Below the pieces are notes generated by a model. It saw only the letters and a list, made by a program, of their open reading frames with translations. It did no database searches and was not told the origin of the DNA. A DNA stretch of 64,000 nt from the NCBI GenBank assembly GCA_963674865.2, contig CAXXYE010000009.1, forward strand, positions 1,408,001 through 1,472,000, given 5' to 3'. How positions within the stretch are numbered: position 1 is the stretch's first letter; each line of letters opens with the position of its first letter. The DNA is from Candidatus Hydrogenedentota bacterium (GTDB taxonomy: Bacteria; Hydrogenedentota; Hydrogenedentia; Hydrogenedentales; SLHB01). Made by a program: the position numbers and the translations under genes. Shown one piece after another: positions 10,801 through 19,136 of this stretch.

Positions 10801-11682
10801 CCGCGCTCGCGCCGCGATGGCATCGTCCGTGTCGGCCCAGCACTCCGGGGGCGCTGTCACCGGGATGAAAAGGGTATTGGGATTCGCGGCGAACACGTCC
10901 TCAAGTGCTGCATACGAGTAGGTACCGCGGCTATAGGCTGTCCCGGAACCACTCGGATGCCGGTATACGGCGTGGTAATTGGCCAGCGTCTTGTAATCGT
11001 CAAACGGGTCGCCCGGCTCGGTGCCTTCCTCTTCGATGTGGCTGTTGGGATAGCAGCTCTTGAACATGATGATCCGATTGACGCCGTCCGCGCACCCGTG
11101 GTTCTTCACGCTGTTGAGGTAGTCGTTAAACCAGAGGATCCAGTGGTTCATATCCGTGAGATCGCCCGGGGTAGAGGCAAGAGAATCCGTCCGTCCCGCG
11201 TCGGGCGTCAGATCCGTGCCGTAGGTAATGTCATTTCGTTCATCGATGTAGGACTTGGCAAGCAGGGCGGCATTGAGGCCGTTGTTGAGCCAGTTTTCCC
11301 CGCAGGAATGGTGGATGAAGACGAGATCATCCTCGCCTTCGCCCTCCCCTTCACCCTCGCCTCCCGCCGTGACGGTGATGTCTATCGAGTCGCTTGCGCC
11401 GCTGGCATCGCCGGTGGCCGTGATTGTGGCAACGCCCTCCGAAACGCCCGCCACCATGCCTGTGGCGGACACGGAGGCGATAGTCGGCGCGTTCGACGAC
11501 CACGAGAATGAGGTGTCGTCGGCGTCTGTTGAGGTGGCGGAAAGCGTGATCGCTCCGGCCACCGCCACGGTGGTTGCGTCGGTCGTGATGGTTACGGTGG
11601 TGCGTCGCCGCGGACACCCGGCGATACTGACGACAATGAGTACGATGCAACCAATGGTGATATAGTGCCGTAAGCCGCGCAT
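7864..11682 (-). CDS. Large lipoprotein: Ig-like (Big_2) domain, SGNH-like domain, poly-GE linkers, YetA/PcRGLX-like lyase region
   Basis: Lipobox IAGC; WSSNAPTIASVSATGMVAGV; IHHSCG...FKSC...SHPN; LTVTESAGVAR..FGVPLP; DFWQNFPK; YGWQDYGD. Confidence 0.65.
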   Translation of the reverse strand: MRGLRHYITIGCIVLIVVSIAGCPRRRTTVTITTDATTVAVAGAITLSATSTDADDTSFSWSSNAPTIASVSATGMVAGVSEGVATITATGDASGASDSIDITVTAGGEGEGEGEGEDDLVFIHHSCGENWLNNGLNAALLAKSYIDERNDITYGTDLTPDAGRTDSLASTPGDLTDMNHWILWFNDYLNSVKNHGCADGVNRIIMFKSCYPNSHIEEEGTEPGDPFDDYKTLANYHAVYRHPSGSGTAYSRGTYSYAALEDVFAANPNTLFIPVTAPPECWADTDDAIAARARDFNEWLTGTWLTGYVSRTGLHNVAVFDWFDILAYPDDASSHPNQLRSEYGGDSGNSHPNDTANAYTTEVFATGAGNFLDAAWAAFGGGAEGEGEGEGEGEGEGEGEGEGEGEGEGEGEGEGEGEDSVSLTVTESAGVARVSEYISFGVPLPRSWDITDTSSLRLSDAAKAPLPAQFDVLARWGAPPSNTSAPVKWVLVGGFESLAASGSGTLTLDQLGPGPSPAQSVSVSSGSGTMTVDTGGAVFEINTDGDFNLFNQVTIGGTTLLESLAATEAIDYDAALAGDIVAGGSPDFTARSTSATVERSGPLCVIVRVTGSILDDSARAILDFTARLHFYAGSTSVRVDFTVENNHPVMQTTEGQPSNAHNQGAINSVYVGGLTLNLQIRDTGGDLHVLTEDSVDVTAPTGVIRLHQDSSGTDDWDAYVGNVGWPGEEGPATPRLQSYCTAQGYTISGADLSSPVTGLQALGWLTAFRSGATAPRLTVALRDFWQNFPKAIEAGTDGTVSVDLFPNGDQFNHNLRVGEEKTHSILFAFGQDTTTADEAERLATAFNNPLFGTAPGSWYTGSGAIGEAPAMDTTSWPLYERYARVAFEPNPDFDAAVDDPSFGNSTMTAAIENYNFYGWQDYGDVPLDYEPAGPNQAGQMNLKYWFLNGMFVQFCRSADLQWLDLAVPGAWHVADIDYLHIPDEGLQHWVHGAYFGHSQHDEPGNLNPNRNSNSPSVDLFFGIPGLLLGYCLTGEEHWRDTALEGLEGMENLSQFSNFGDPIDFSDPVLQRERANLIVGYIEGYRQSGDSRWMTALRTVVGGTTDLTEKTWVTAPDAYGTAHPEAFLRMFMFDQILWALGRYLDFCGEYGITDDLGAAAALESFGDFVINDVMYEYEAGRAAHMYDYIFSNPNVVVPWVNDWDINNWALVMADGLAYAYKYTGAQRFLDAAAEFYATGTNDPQWQDDPPVYIDTKGLTNACNWGLVYMNQSR
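10429..10533 (-). repeat. About 17 hexamer units (GGN-GAR) encoding a poly-(Gly-Glu) linker
   Basis: Plus strand shows ttcgcc/ttcacc/ctcgcc/ctcacc units. Confidence 0.95.
11332..11361 (-). repeat. Short (GE)5 linker repeat
   Basis: ctcgcc ttcgcc ctcccc ttcacc ctcgcc. Confidence 0.9.
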
Positions 11683-11875
11683 GGCCTCGCCCTCCTCTTT
11701 AGGGTCTCCCGGAAGTGACTGGAATGCTGGAAAGCTGCTGTCCCCTTGGTAGGAATTCCTCCTCAGAGCCTATCGGACAGACTAAGGCTCAAGCGGTAGT
11801 CTGTCAAGAGCCTGGGGACATCGGCACGGGCCTGGGAAGGCGATTCGGGGGCAGTTCCTCGGCGTTCTTGTGCCG

Positions 11876-13174
11876 TCAGGTTGCGTAGCGGAACAGGATG
11901 TAGAGGGTGGAAATGATAAGCGACGCGAGCATCACGGGCATGCCGTAGGCCATGAAACGCATGAAGGAGATCTGATAGTGGTTTTTGCGGGCAATGTCCA
12001 CTACGACGACGTTGGCGGCGGTGCCGACAAGGGTGCCGTTGCCGCCCAGGCATGCGCCGAGGGCGAGCGACCACCAGAGCGCCTGATGGACGATGCCAGG
12101 GTCAAGGGAGCCGTGGGTGGCGATTTCGGGGATCAGGTGATGGACCACCGGGATCAGGGTCGTCACGAGGGGAACCGCGCCGATCACGGCGCCGGCGAGC
12201 GCGGAGAACCACAGGAGAACCATCGATGTGGCGAGTAGATTGTGATTCGTGAGGGACAGCATGCCCTGAGCCACCTTGGCAAGTAGTCCAGGGGCGCGAA
12301 GCCCGTCGACGAGCGTGAATAGGCCGACAAAAAAGAAGAGCGTTGTCCATTCGACGGCCTTGAATGCTTCGGCGGGCTCTGCCCGGGTGATAAGGAGCAG
12401 GACCGCGGCCCCCGTGAGGGCTATCGTAGCCGGTTCGAGTCCAAGCGTGTCGTGGAGCAGGAATCCGGCGAAGACAGGCAGAATGACGGCGGCTGTTTTG
12501 ATGAGAAGGGCCGGATTGGTGATGGCGCGATTGGCGTCCATCTCCATGACCTTGGCGCGCGCATCTCGCGGAACACGGGCTTCCTTCCGGACAAAGAAGG
12601 CCGCGGCAGCGACCAAGCCCAGCAGGCACACGAGTGTGACGGGCCCCAGATTGAAGAGGAAGGCGTTGAAACTCAGTCCCGCGGCGCTCCCGATGAGGAT
12701 ATTGGGAGGATCGCCTATGAGGGTGGCGGTGCCGCCCACGTTGGAGGCCATGGCCTCAAACAGCAGGTACGGCAGCGGGGATACCTCGAGTTGGCTTGTG
12801 ATGAGAAAGGTGACGGGGGCAATGAGCAGCACCGTGGTAACGTTGTCTACGAGCGCCGAGAGGAAGCCGGTGACGAGGCACAACAAGATGATCAGAGGGA
12901 TGGGCCGGCCTTTGGCAAGTTGAGCCAGCCGAATGGCTACGTAGCCGAAAAAGCCGCTCTCGGCAAGGAAGTGCACGAGGACCATCATGCCCGTAAGAAG
13001 AAACAGGACGCTGAGGTCGATGGCGGCGTAGGCCTCTTCCTGGCTTACCACGCCCAGCACAATCATCAAGGAGCCGCCCAACATGGCCGCCACGGTCTTA
13101 TGGGCCTTCTCGGACAGAATGGCCACGTAAGTCACCAGGAAAACGACCACGGCTATGATCATGTGCGGCGTCAT
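11876..13174 (-). CDS. ArsB/NhaD (IT superfamily) ion permease
   Basis: SALVDNVTTVL, SNVGGTATLIGDPPN, LGACLGGNGTLVGTAAN; about 11-12 TM segments. Confidence 0.9.
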   Translation of the reverse strand: MTPHMIIAVVVFLVTYVAILSEKAHKTVAAMLGGSLMIVLGVVSQEEAYAAIDLSVLFLLTGMMVLVHFLAESGFFGYVAIRLAQLAKGRPIPLIILLCLVTGFLSALVDNVTTVLLIAPVTFLITSQLEVSPLPYLLFEAMASNVGGTATLIGDPPNILIGSAAGLSFNAFLFNLGPVTLVCLLGLVAAAAFFVRKEARVPRDARAKVMEMDANRAITNPALLIKTAAVILPVFAGFLLHDTLGLEPATIALTGAAVLLLITRAEPAEAFKAVEWTTLFFFVGLFTLVDGLRAPGLLAKVAQGMLSLTNHNLLATSMVLLWFSALAGAVIGAVPLVTTLIPVVHHLIPEIATHGSLDPGIVHQALWWSLALGACLGGNGTLVGTAANVVVVDIARKNHYQISFMRFMAYGMPVMLASLIISTLYILFRYAT

Positions 13175-14079
13175 CAGGCCCGTAGAATCCTTGATACGAT
13201 GTCGTTTCGGCCAATAACGCCCACCAATCGGCCCTTTTCCTGGACGAAAGCGATGCCGCGCTGCTCGGACTTCATCCGGAACACCACCTGGATCATTGGT
13301 TCGTCAGTGTCCACCACGAGAGGATGCGGATTCATGATTTCCCCGACGCGGATTGTCGCTTCTTTCTTGAAGAACTCCTCAAAAGGCTCGAATTCCGCCA
13401 GGAACGCGATATCGCGCATCCGGGACATGTACTCGGGGAACGCGGCGTCGACGATCTCGCCTGTGCTCACGGAGCCTACGACTTGCCCGTCGGGAGAACA
13501 CACCGGCGCGGCATATACCTGGTGCTGGAAGAAGGCGTCGAGGAGTTCTCCGAGGGCCATGTCCTCGCGTGCCACTACGGGCGGCGCATGCATGAGGTCG
13601 TGTGCGAAGAGCCCCTTTTTGACCTGGAAATCGCCCTCGTCCAGGGGCTGCCAGATGGCTTTTGCGGAATCGGCATGCCGGATCTTGGCCAGGCAGTCGG
13701 AGTCCTTTGCGAGGCTACCGATGGCGGCCATTGTCTGAAGCATCACCGTGTTTTTCTGATCGCTGGCGAGTATGAGAAAGACCAGGTCGATGGCGAGTCC
13801 GTCAAATCCCTTCTCCTCGAGAGGGGTCTTGGCGACGCCCAGAAAGACGTAGAAGTCGCGCAGCGCGGGCACGCGAGCGTGAGGGATAGCGATGCCGTTC
13901 TGCATGGCAGTGCTGCCCTGTGCTTCCCGGCGGAGTACGGCCCGGACAAGCGCGTCAACGGGCTCGCCCGGATTGAAGTGTTCGACGCGGCGCAGGATCT
14001 CCGGAACTGCTTCGGCCAGCGTGCGCGCCTCCAGATCGGGGACGGTATGGTCGACAACCAGCAGACTAGACAGTTTCAT
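13174..14079 (-). CDS. PTS EIIA (Fru/Ntr-type) domain fused to a CBS pair
   Basis: RREAQGSTAMQNGIAIPHAR; DLM...PV...VVG and EIMN...GRLVGVIGRNDI CBS motifs. Confidence 0.88.
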   Translation of the reverse strand: MKLSSLLVVDHTVPDLEARTLAEAVPEILRRVEHFNPGEPVDALVRAVLRREAQGSTAMQNGIAIPHARVPALRDFYVFLGVAKTPLEEKGFDGLAIDLVFLILASDQKNTVMLQTMAAIGSLAKDSDCLAKIRHADSAKAIWQPLDEGDFQVKKGLFAHDLMHAPPVVAREDMALGELLDAFFQHQVYAAPVCSPDGQVVGSVSTGEIVDAAFPEYMSRMRDIAFLAEFEPFEEFFKKEATIRVGEIMNPHPLVVDTDEPMIQVVFRMKSEQRGIAFVQEKGRLVGVIGRNDIVSRILRA

Positions 14080-14164
14080 GGCCCGTTTCCTTTACGCGTC
14101 TCACGGGGACCCGGCAAAGCGAATATGCCTATTTCGTCGGGGCCAGCGACCCCCGCGTCTTGAG

Positions 14165-14617
14165 TTACGACTCGTTCAGGAGCGACCAGAGTGCGTCAAC
14201 GGAGCGGCATGCGGTTAGGCGCTCTCGAAAGCCCGGCGTTTTGAGGGCAAGCATTACCTGCGCCAGAAGATTGAGGTATTGTTTCTGCGAGCCGGCCGGC
14301 ATCGCAAACAACACGACCGCATGGGCCGGGGCACTGTCAAGGGCGCCAAACTCGATGCCCGACTGTGAAACACCGACGCCGATGGTGGGGCGCATTACCT
14401 CCTTGATCCTGACGTGCGGTATGGCGACGCCGCCGCCTATCCCGGTGCTTTGCACGGCCTCGCGTTCATATACGGCCCGGCTGAACGCCTCGCGATCAGT
14501 GACGGCGTCTCCCGCAGCCAACGCCTCGACCAATTGGTCCAAGGCTTGGCGTTTTGAGAGGCCATCCGCGAAGACGCACAAGTTCTCTCTTGCTATCTCT
14601 ATGCCAAACGCGCTCAT
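14165..14617 (-). CDS. Stand-alone PTS EIIA (Ntr/Fru-type) protein
   Basis: EREAVQSTGIGGGVAIPHVR, GIEFGALD. Confidence 0.88.
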   Translation of the reverse strand: MSAFGIEIARENLCVFADGLSKRQALDQLVEALAAGDAVTDREAFSRAVYEREAVQSTGIGGGVAIPHVRIKEVMRPTIGVGVSQSGIEFGALDSAPAHAVVLFAMPAGSQKQYLNLLAQVMLALKTPGFRERLTACRSVDALWSLLNES

Positions 14618-14796
14618 TGATACTCGACCATATCTCGTTCTTCCGTTTCCCACATCGGGGACACGGCGCTTGGGAGGCTCTGGGGCCTAGACGCTTGTGG
14701 CGGCCCACGGCCTTTTCATGCTACCAGCCGCAAGAATGGCCCCAATATGCTCGCCCGCACTTGATGGCGAGATGGGGCTGCTGCGTTTGTCTTCCG

Positions 14797-15528
14797 TCAG
14801 TCCGGCACGACGTCGATATCGCAGGAACAGATGTGCTCGCCTGCTCGGGGACATTGCACAAGCCAGGTTCCCTCGGGCGACATGACTCCGGTGGCCGCAT
14901 TGACCTCGCCATTCGGCACGGCCGCGTTCGCGGTGACGATATACACTTTGCTCTCCATGGCGCGGAGCGCAAGGTTGGACTCATGGTAGGGAATGTGGAT
15001 TGCGCTTGAACCGGAGTTGATTGAATGAAAGATCACCTGCGCGCCCTTTTTGCCCAGTTGGCAGGTGAGCCGGGGATCCGGATAGGGGCCGCATCCGGGC
15101 GTCACCCACAAATCATTGCAGATTAGGCACCCGAATGTAATGCCGAGCCGCGTGAAGACGCGAAGTTCCTCGCCGGGCTGACAGAACTCCCGGTCGCCTG
15201 AAGTGGGCACCAGTTTCTCATGGGTTCCGAGGAGGGTGCCCTCGTCGGAGTAGATCCGGGACTGGATATAGACGGCGCCGTCCTGTCGGCAACCGGTGCC
15301 GACAATGGCTGTGACGCAGGATTGCCGACAGGCGGCGGCAATCCTCTTCCAGGCGGCGTGAGCCGCTTCATCGCAGAACTCCCCATGGTATCCGGTAAGG
15401 CTCATCTCCGGGAACACGATGAAATCAGCGTCACTCTCCTCAATATGAGTCAGGATCTTGGGGAGGTTGTCTTCAAGATTCTGCGACACCTCCATCTGGA
15501 TCCCTGAAACGCGCAGTACTGCCATCAA
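14797..15528 (-). CDS. Carbon-nitrogen hydrolase (nitrilase superfamily)
   Basis: VFPEMSLTGY, HEK, LICND: E-K-C triad. Confidence 0.9.
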   Translation of the reverse strand: MMAVLRVSGIQMEVSQNLEDNLPKILTHIEESDADFIVFPEMSLTGYHGEFCDEAAHAAWKRIAAACRQSCVTAIVGTGCRQDGAVYIQSRIYSDEGTLLGTHEKLVPTSGDREFCQPGEELRVFTRLGITFGCLICNDLWVTPGCGPYPDPRLTCQLGKKGAQVIFHSINSGSSAIHIPYHESNLALRAMESKVYIVTANAAVPNGEVNAATGVMSPEGTWLVQCPRAGEHICSCDIDVVPD

Positions 15529-15686
15529 GTCTTCCTTTCTCTTGTTTTCAGCCGACCGGATCGTAGCACACCCGGAGGGGGGGCGTCACGCTTCCGGCAC
15601 GGCGGCAACCGTGCGGAGCGCCGGGCCTTGACATGACAGCTTGGCCTGTGGTCGAATTCGCTTGAGTTACCCACAAGGGAGGCCGT

Positions 15687-16337
15687 ATGGACAAGTATTC
15701 CTGCATCCAGTATCTGCTAGAGAAGCGGATTGTCGCCGTGGTGCGTGCCGATACCGGGGGCGATGACCTCGTAACCGTTGTCGAAGCCGTGGCGGAAGGC
15801 GGCGTCCACTGCATCGAGGTCACCATGACGACGCCGGGCGCGCTGGCGTGCATCGAGACGGCCGCGGCTCGTCTGGCCGGTGCCGATGTTCTCTTGGGCG
15901 TGGGAAGCGTGCTCGACGCCGAAACTTGCCGGATGGCGATTCTGGCGGGGGCGGAATACGTTGTCAGTCCGACGCTTTCCGTGCCCGTTATCCAGATGGC
16001 GCGTCGGTATGGAAAACCTGTTGTGGCAGGAGCTTACACGCCGACCGAGATTCTGGCGGCGTGGGAGCAGGGCTCGGACCTTGTCAAGGTGTTTCCCGCA
16101 AGCGTCGGCGGGCCCGGCTACCTGAAGGCCATCAAGGGGCCTCTGCCTCAGATCCCGCTAGTACCGACGGGCGGCGTGAAGGTGGACAACGTGGGCGAGT
16201 TCCTGAAGGCAGGCGCGGCTGCTCTGGCAGTCGGCGGCAACCTCGTGGACAAGGCGCTGGTCGCCAAGCGGGATTTCGCCGGCATCACCAAGAACGCGGA
16301 GGCCTTTGCCGAGGCCGTCCGTGCGGCCGTGGAATAG
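15687..16337 (+). CDS. eda: KDPG/KHG aldolase
   Basis: IEVTMTTP, GVGSVLD, VSP, TPTE, VKVFPA, PTGGV; GGAGG RBS. Confidence 0.92.
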   Translation: MDKYSCIQYLLEKRIVAVVRADTGGDDLVTVVEAVAEGGVHCIEVTMTTPGALACIETAAARLAGADVLLGVGSVLDAETCRMAILAGAEYVVSPTLSVPVIQMARRYGKPVVAGAYTPTEILAAWEQGSDLVKVFPASVGGPGYLKAIKGPLPQIPLVPTGGVKVDNVGEFLKAGAAALAVGGNLVDKALVAKRDFAGITKNAEAFAEAVRAAVE

Positions 16338-16456
16338 TCCCTGCCGTTCCGACGAATGATATAGATGAGGCCACAGGCCATGACGAGCTCTTGGGCGCCT
16401 CTTTTCTGCCCAGGGATTCCACCCCGCCAGCGCCGAATCGAAGGAAGGGAACGCCT

Positions 16457-16762
16457 ATGAAGAACCTCACCGGAGCCGACCGGAAGTATCTCAAGCGCCT
16501 AGCGCATCACCTCGAACCAACGGTTTTCATAGGCAGAGCGGGCCTGACTGATTCCGTGACAGAGGCGGTTAACGTCGCCCTGGAGGCGAACGAGCTCGTC
16601 AAAGTCAAGTTTCTGGAGCATAAGGACGAGAAACACGAGCTTTCCGAGGCCATCGCAACGCGGACGCGGAGCCAGGTGGTTGGACTGGTGGGGCACATCG
16701 CCACCTTCTTCCGCTATCAGGAAGACGACGAGAAGCGCAGCATCACTCTGCCGGCCCGGTAG
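16457..16762 (+). CDS. yhbY: YhbY/CRM-domain RNA-binding protein
   Basis: LTGADRKYLKRLAHHLEP..IGRAGLT...ELVKVK...VGH. Confidence 0.9.
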   Translation: MKNLTGADRKYLKRLAHHLEPTVFIGRAGLTDSVTEAVNVALEANELVKVKFLEHKDEKHELSEAIATRTRSQVVGLVGHIATFFRYQEDDEKRSITLPAR

Positions 16763-19025
16763 CCGGCCGGTCGAGCGGAGCGCTTGTCTCCGCCGCGGGG
16801 TCGGGCTGGTTCAGCATGTCCGCCACGTCGCTCCAGTCGGGGCGGAGGTCGAGCGCCGCTTCGAGGTGCTCCCGCGCCTCGTCATGGCGGCCCAATTCCT
16901 CCAGGGCTATGCCGAGGTTATAGTGGGCGTTCGCCTGCCTCGGATTCACGAGGAGTACCTCTTCAAGCCAAGCCACCGCTTCCTCTGGGCGCCCCTGCTT
17001 GGTAAGAGCCTCGGCTAACAGGTTATACACCGTGATGTCGCCCGGCTCCAGGCGCACGGCCTCATTCAGTAGCGTCTCGGCCTCGGCCGCCTGCCCCTGC
17101 TCAAGGTAGAGCGTGGCAAGGCGGACGCGAGGTTCGACCAACTCGGGATCGATTCGGATCGCCTCCCGGAGGTGCTCTTCCGCCAGCGCGGTATTGCCTT
17201 GCCTGGCCATTAAGGCGCCCAAGTTGATGTGGGCGAGACTGCTGTCCGGGTCGAGGTGTATGGCCTCAAGGAACTGGTTTGCCGCTGCCTCGGCCTTGTG
17301 TTGGCGGGCGAGGGCCGCGCCCAAGTTATTGTGCGCGGGCGCGGAATCCGGATGGAGCGCAACGGCTTGTATGAAATGCCGCTCCGCCTCGATGTACTTG
17401 CCTGCGTTGAGGAGGGCGGTTCCGAGGTCGTTATGCGCCTCGAAGAGATTGGGCTCGAGTTCGAGCGCCCGCCTGTACATCTCGATGGCTTTGTCTCGTT
17501 CCGCGGCTTTCGCGAAGGCGCTGGCTAGGTTGTAGGCCCAGTTGGCCTGGTTAGGCTCGAGCCGCAAGGCCGTCTCGATGTGCTCGATGCCCTCCGTCAC
17601 TTTGCCCTGCTCGCAAAGGGCGACGCCCAGGTTGTTGTGCGCATCGCCCAAGTTCGGGGCGATCTCCAGGGCGGCCCGGAAGTGCTCGACGGCCTTGTCC
17701 ACCTCGTGCTTCTTGAGAAGGGCGTCTCCGAGGCCGCTCTCGGCGACGGCGTTGTTCGTCGTGACGGCCAGCGCGTGTGCGAATAACGCCTCACCGTCAT
17801 GCCAATAGCCCACCTGCCGCCATGCGCCGGCACTCAGCGCGGCAATGAGCATCACCGCGGCTACGGCAAGACTTCTCCGCGGCCACCGGCGTTCGAGGAG
17901 GCGGTCTGGTATGGCCCAGGCGAGCATGATTGAGAGTCCTATGAGGGGCAGGTACGTGTATCTGTCGGCCATTGCCTGACTGCCGACTTGCACGATCCCA
18001 ATGACGGGCAGGAGCATGACGAGGTACCACAGCCAGCCCACCAACAGGTGGGGGCGGCGGCGAACCCACCTCAAGGCGAGGAGCGACACGAGTAAGAGGA
18101 GCGCGCCTGCCGCCGCGGCGTATACCGGGGAGACGCCTCCGCCGGGATGCGGGTAGAACACGGCGAGCCGCGTGGGATAGACGGTCTTGCCGATGTAGGC
18201 GACATAGCTGATGAGGGCGTTGGCGACGCGCGTTTGCAGTGAAAACGCCTGGAATGACTTCATGGCGCCACCGTGGCTTTGGGCGAGGATCGTCAGCAGG
18301 CTCGACGCCGCCGACAGGGCGAACAGAGGCGCCTTCTCCACCGTCAAGACGCCGATCCGCCTGGCGGCCCCGGCAGGCGAAGCGCCGGAGAGGTCGAGGC
18401 GCCGCAAGGGCCATACGTCGAGCAGGAGCAAGACCGCCGGCAGCGTGACGAGCATCGGCTTGGCCGTCAGGCCCAGAGCGAGGAAGATGAACACCAACAG
18501 GTAGCGCCACACGCTCGGCTTCTCAGCATAGGCCTGGTACTCCCGGATGGCCAAGAGGCCCAGGAAGGCGCTCAAGACATCCTTGCGCTCGGCCACCCAG
18601 GCCACGGACTCGACGTGCAGCGGATGGCACGCGAAGAGGGCCGCCGCGAAGGCGCTCCGCCATGGGGCCCTGGTGGCGTGGTGGAGGATGATGAACAGCA
18701 GCAGCGTGTTGGCGATGTGCAGAGCCAGACTCGTGGCGTGATGTCCCCGCGGATTCACGCCGAACAAAGTGCAATCAAGCATATGGGAGAGCCAGGTAAG
18801 GGGATGCCAGTTGGCTTCCGAGAAGCTCGTGAACGCCCAGGCGATTCCCTCGCGCGTCAGGCCCATCTGGACGCGCGGATTTTGCGTGACGTAGGTGTTA
18901 TCGTCGTAGTCCACGAATGCATGGCCGAGGACCTGGCCGTAAATCCCTGCCGTCACGGCAACAAGGAGACAGGCCGCGATCACCGCGTGGCGCCGTTCTC
19001 GAGGAGTCTGCGGGAGCCCTTGCAC
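16743..19025 (-). CDS. TMTC-like GT-C membrane glycosyltransferase with a long TPR tail (copy 1)
   Basis: YDD, WHPLTWLSH, HPLHVESVAWVAERKDVL, ADRYTYLP, about 9 TPRs. Start moved to GTG 19025, downstream of the promoter. Confidence 0.8.
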   Translation of the reverse strand: MQGLPQTPRERRHAVIAACLLVAVTAGIYGQVLGHAFVDYDDNTYVTQNPRVQMGLTREGIAWAFTSFSEANWHPLTWLSHMLDCTLFGVNPRGHHATSLALHIANTLLLFIILHHATRAPWRSAFAAALFACHPLHVESVAWVAERKDVLSAFLGLLAIREYQAYAEKPSVWRYLLVFIFLALGLTAKPMLVTLPAVLLLLDVWPLRRLDLSGASPAGAARRIGVLTVEKAPLFALSAASSLLTILAQSHGGAMKSFQAFSLQTRVANALISYVAYIGKTVYPTRLAVFYPHPGGGVSPVYAAAAGALLLLVSLLALRWVRRRPHLLVGWLWYLVMLLPVIGIVQVGSQAMADRYTYLPLIGLSIMLAWAIPDRLLERRWPRRSLAVAAVMLIAALSAGAWRQVGYWHDGEALFAHALAVTTNNAVAESGLGDALLKKHEVDKAVEHFRAALEIAPNLGDAHNNLGVALCEQGKVTEGIEHIETALRLEPNQANWAYNLASAFAKAAERDKAIEMYRRALELEPNLFEAHNDLGTALLNAGKYIEAERHFIQAVALHPDSAPAHNNLGAALARQHKAEAAANQFLEAIHLDPDSSLAHINLGALMARQGNTALAEEHLREAIRIDPELVEPRVRLATLYLEQGQAAEAETLLNEAVRLEPGDITVYNLLAEALTKQGRPEEAVAWLEEVLLVNPRQANAHYNLGIALEELGRHDEAREHLEAALDLRPDWSDVADMLNQPDPAAETSAPLDRPATGPAE

Positions 19026-19081
19026 GCTTGCCTTTCCGCCCGTGGGCCGTGTCGCGAGATCACAAACCGGTAGCCGTTGCG

Positions 19082-19110
19082 ATGCTAACAACTACTCGCG
19101 CCCGCGTCAA
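19082..19110 (-). promoter_or_regulatory. Sigma70-type promoter TTGACG-N17-TAGCAT with extended TG
   Basis: cgtcaa 19105-19110 and atgcta 19082-19087; the same boxes occur upstream of the paralog. Confidence 0.65.
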
Positions 19111-19136
19111 CGCTACTCCGGAGAGCGGCCCCCGCG

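Noticed and set aside
12452..13738. Long antisense and alternative-frame ORFs (also 23056-24024, 36490-37776, 60320-61543 and others)
   Set aside because: These are shadows of well-supported genes in high-GC DNA, with no recognisable motifs
15848..16456. N-terminal extension of YhbY
   Set aside because: It overlaps eda in another frame; RBS and homology support a start at 16457
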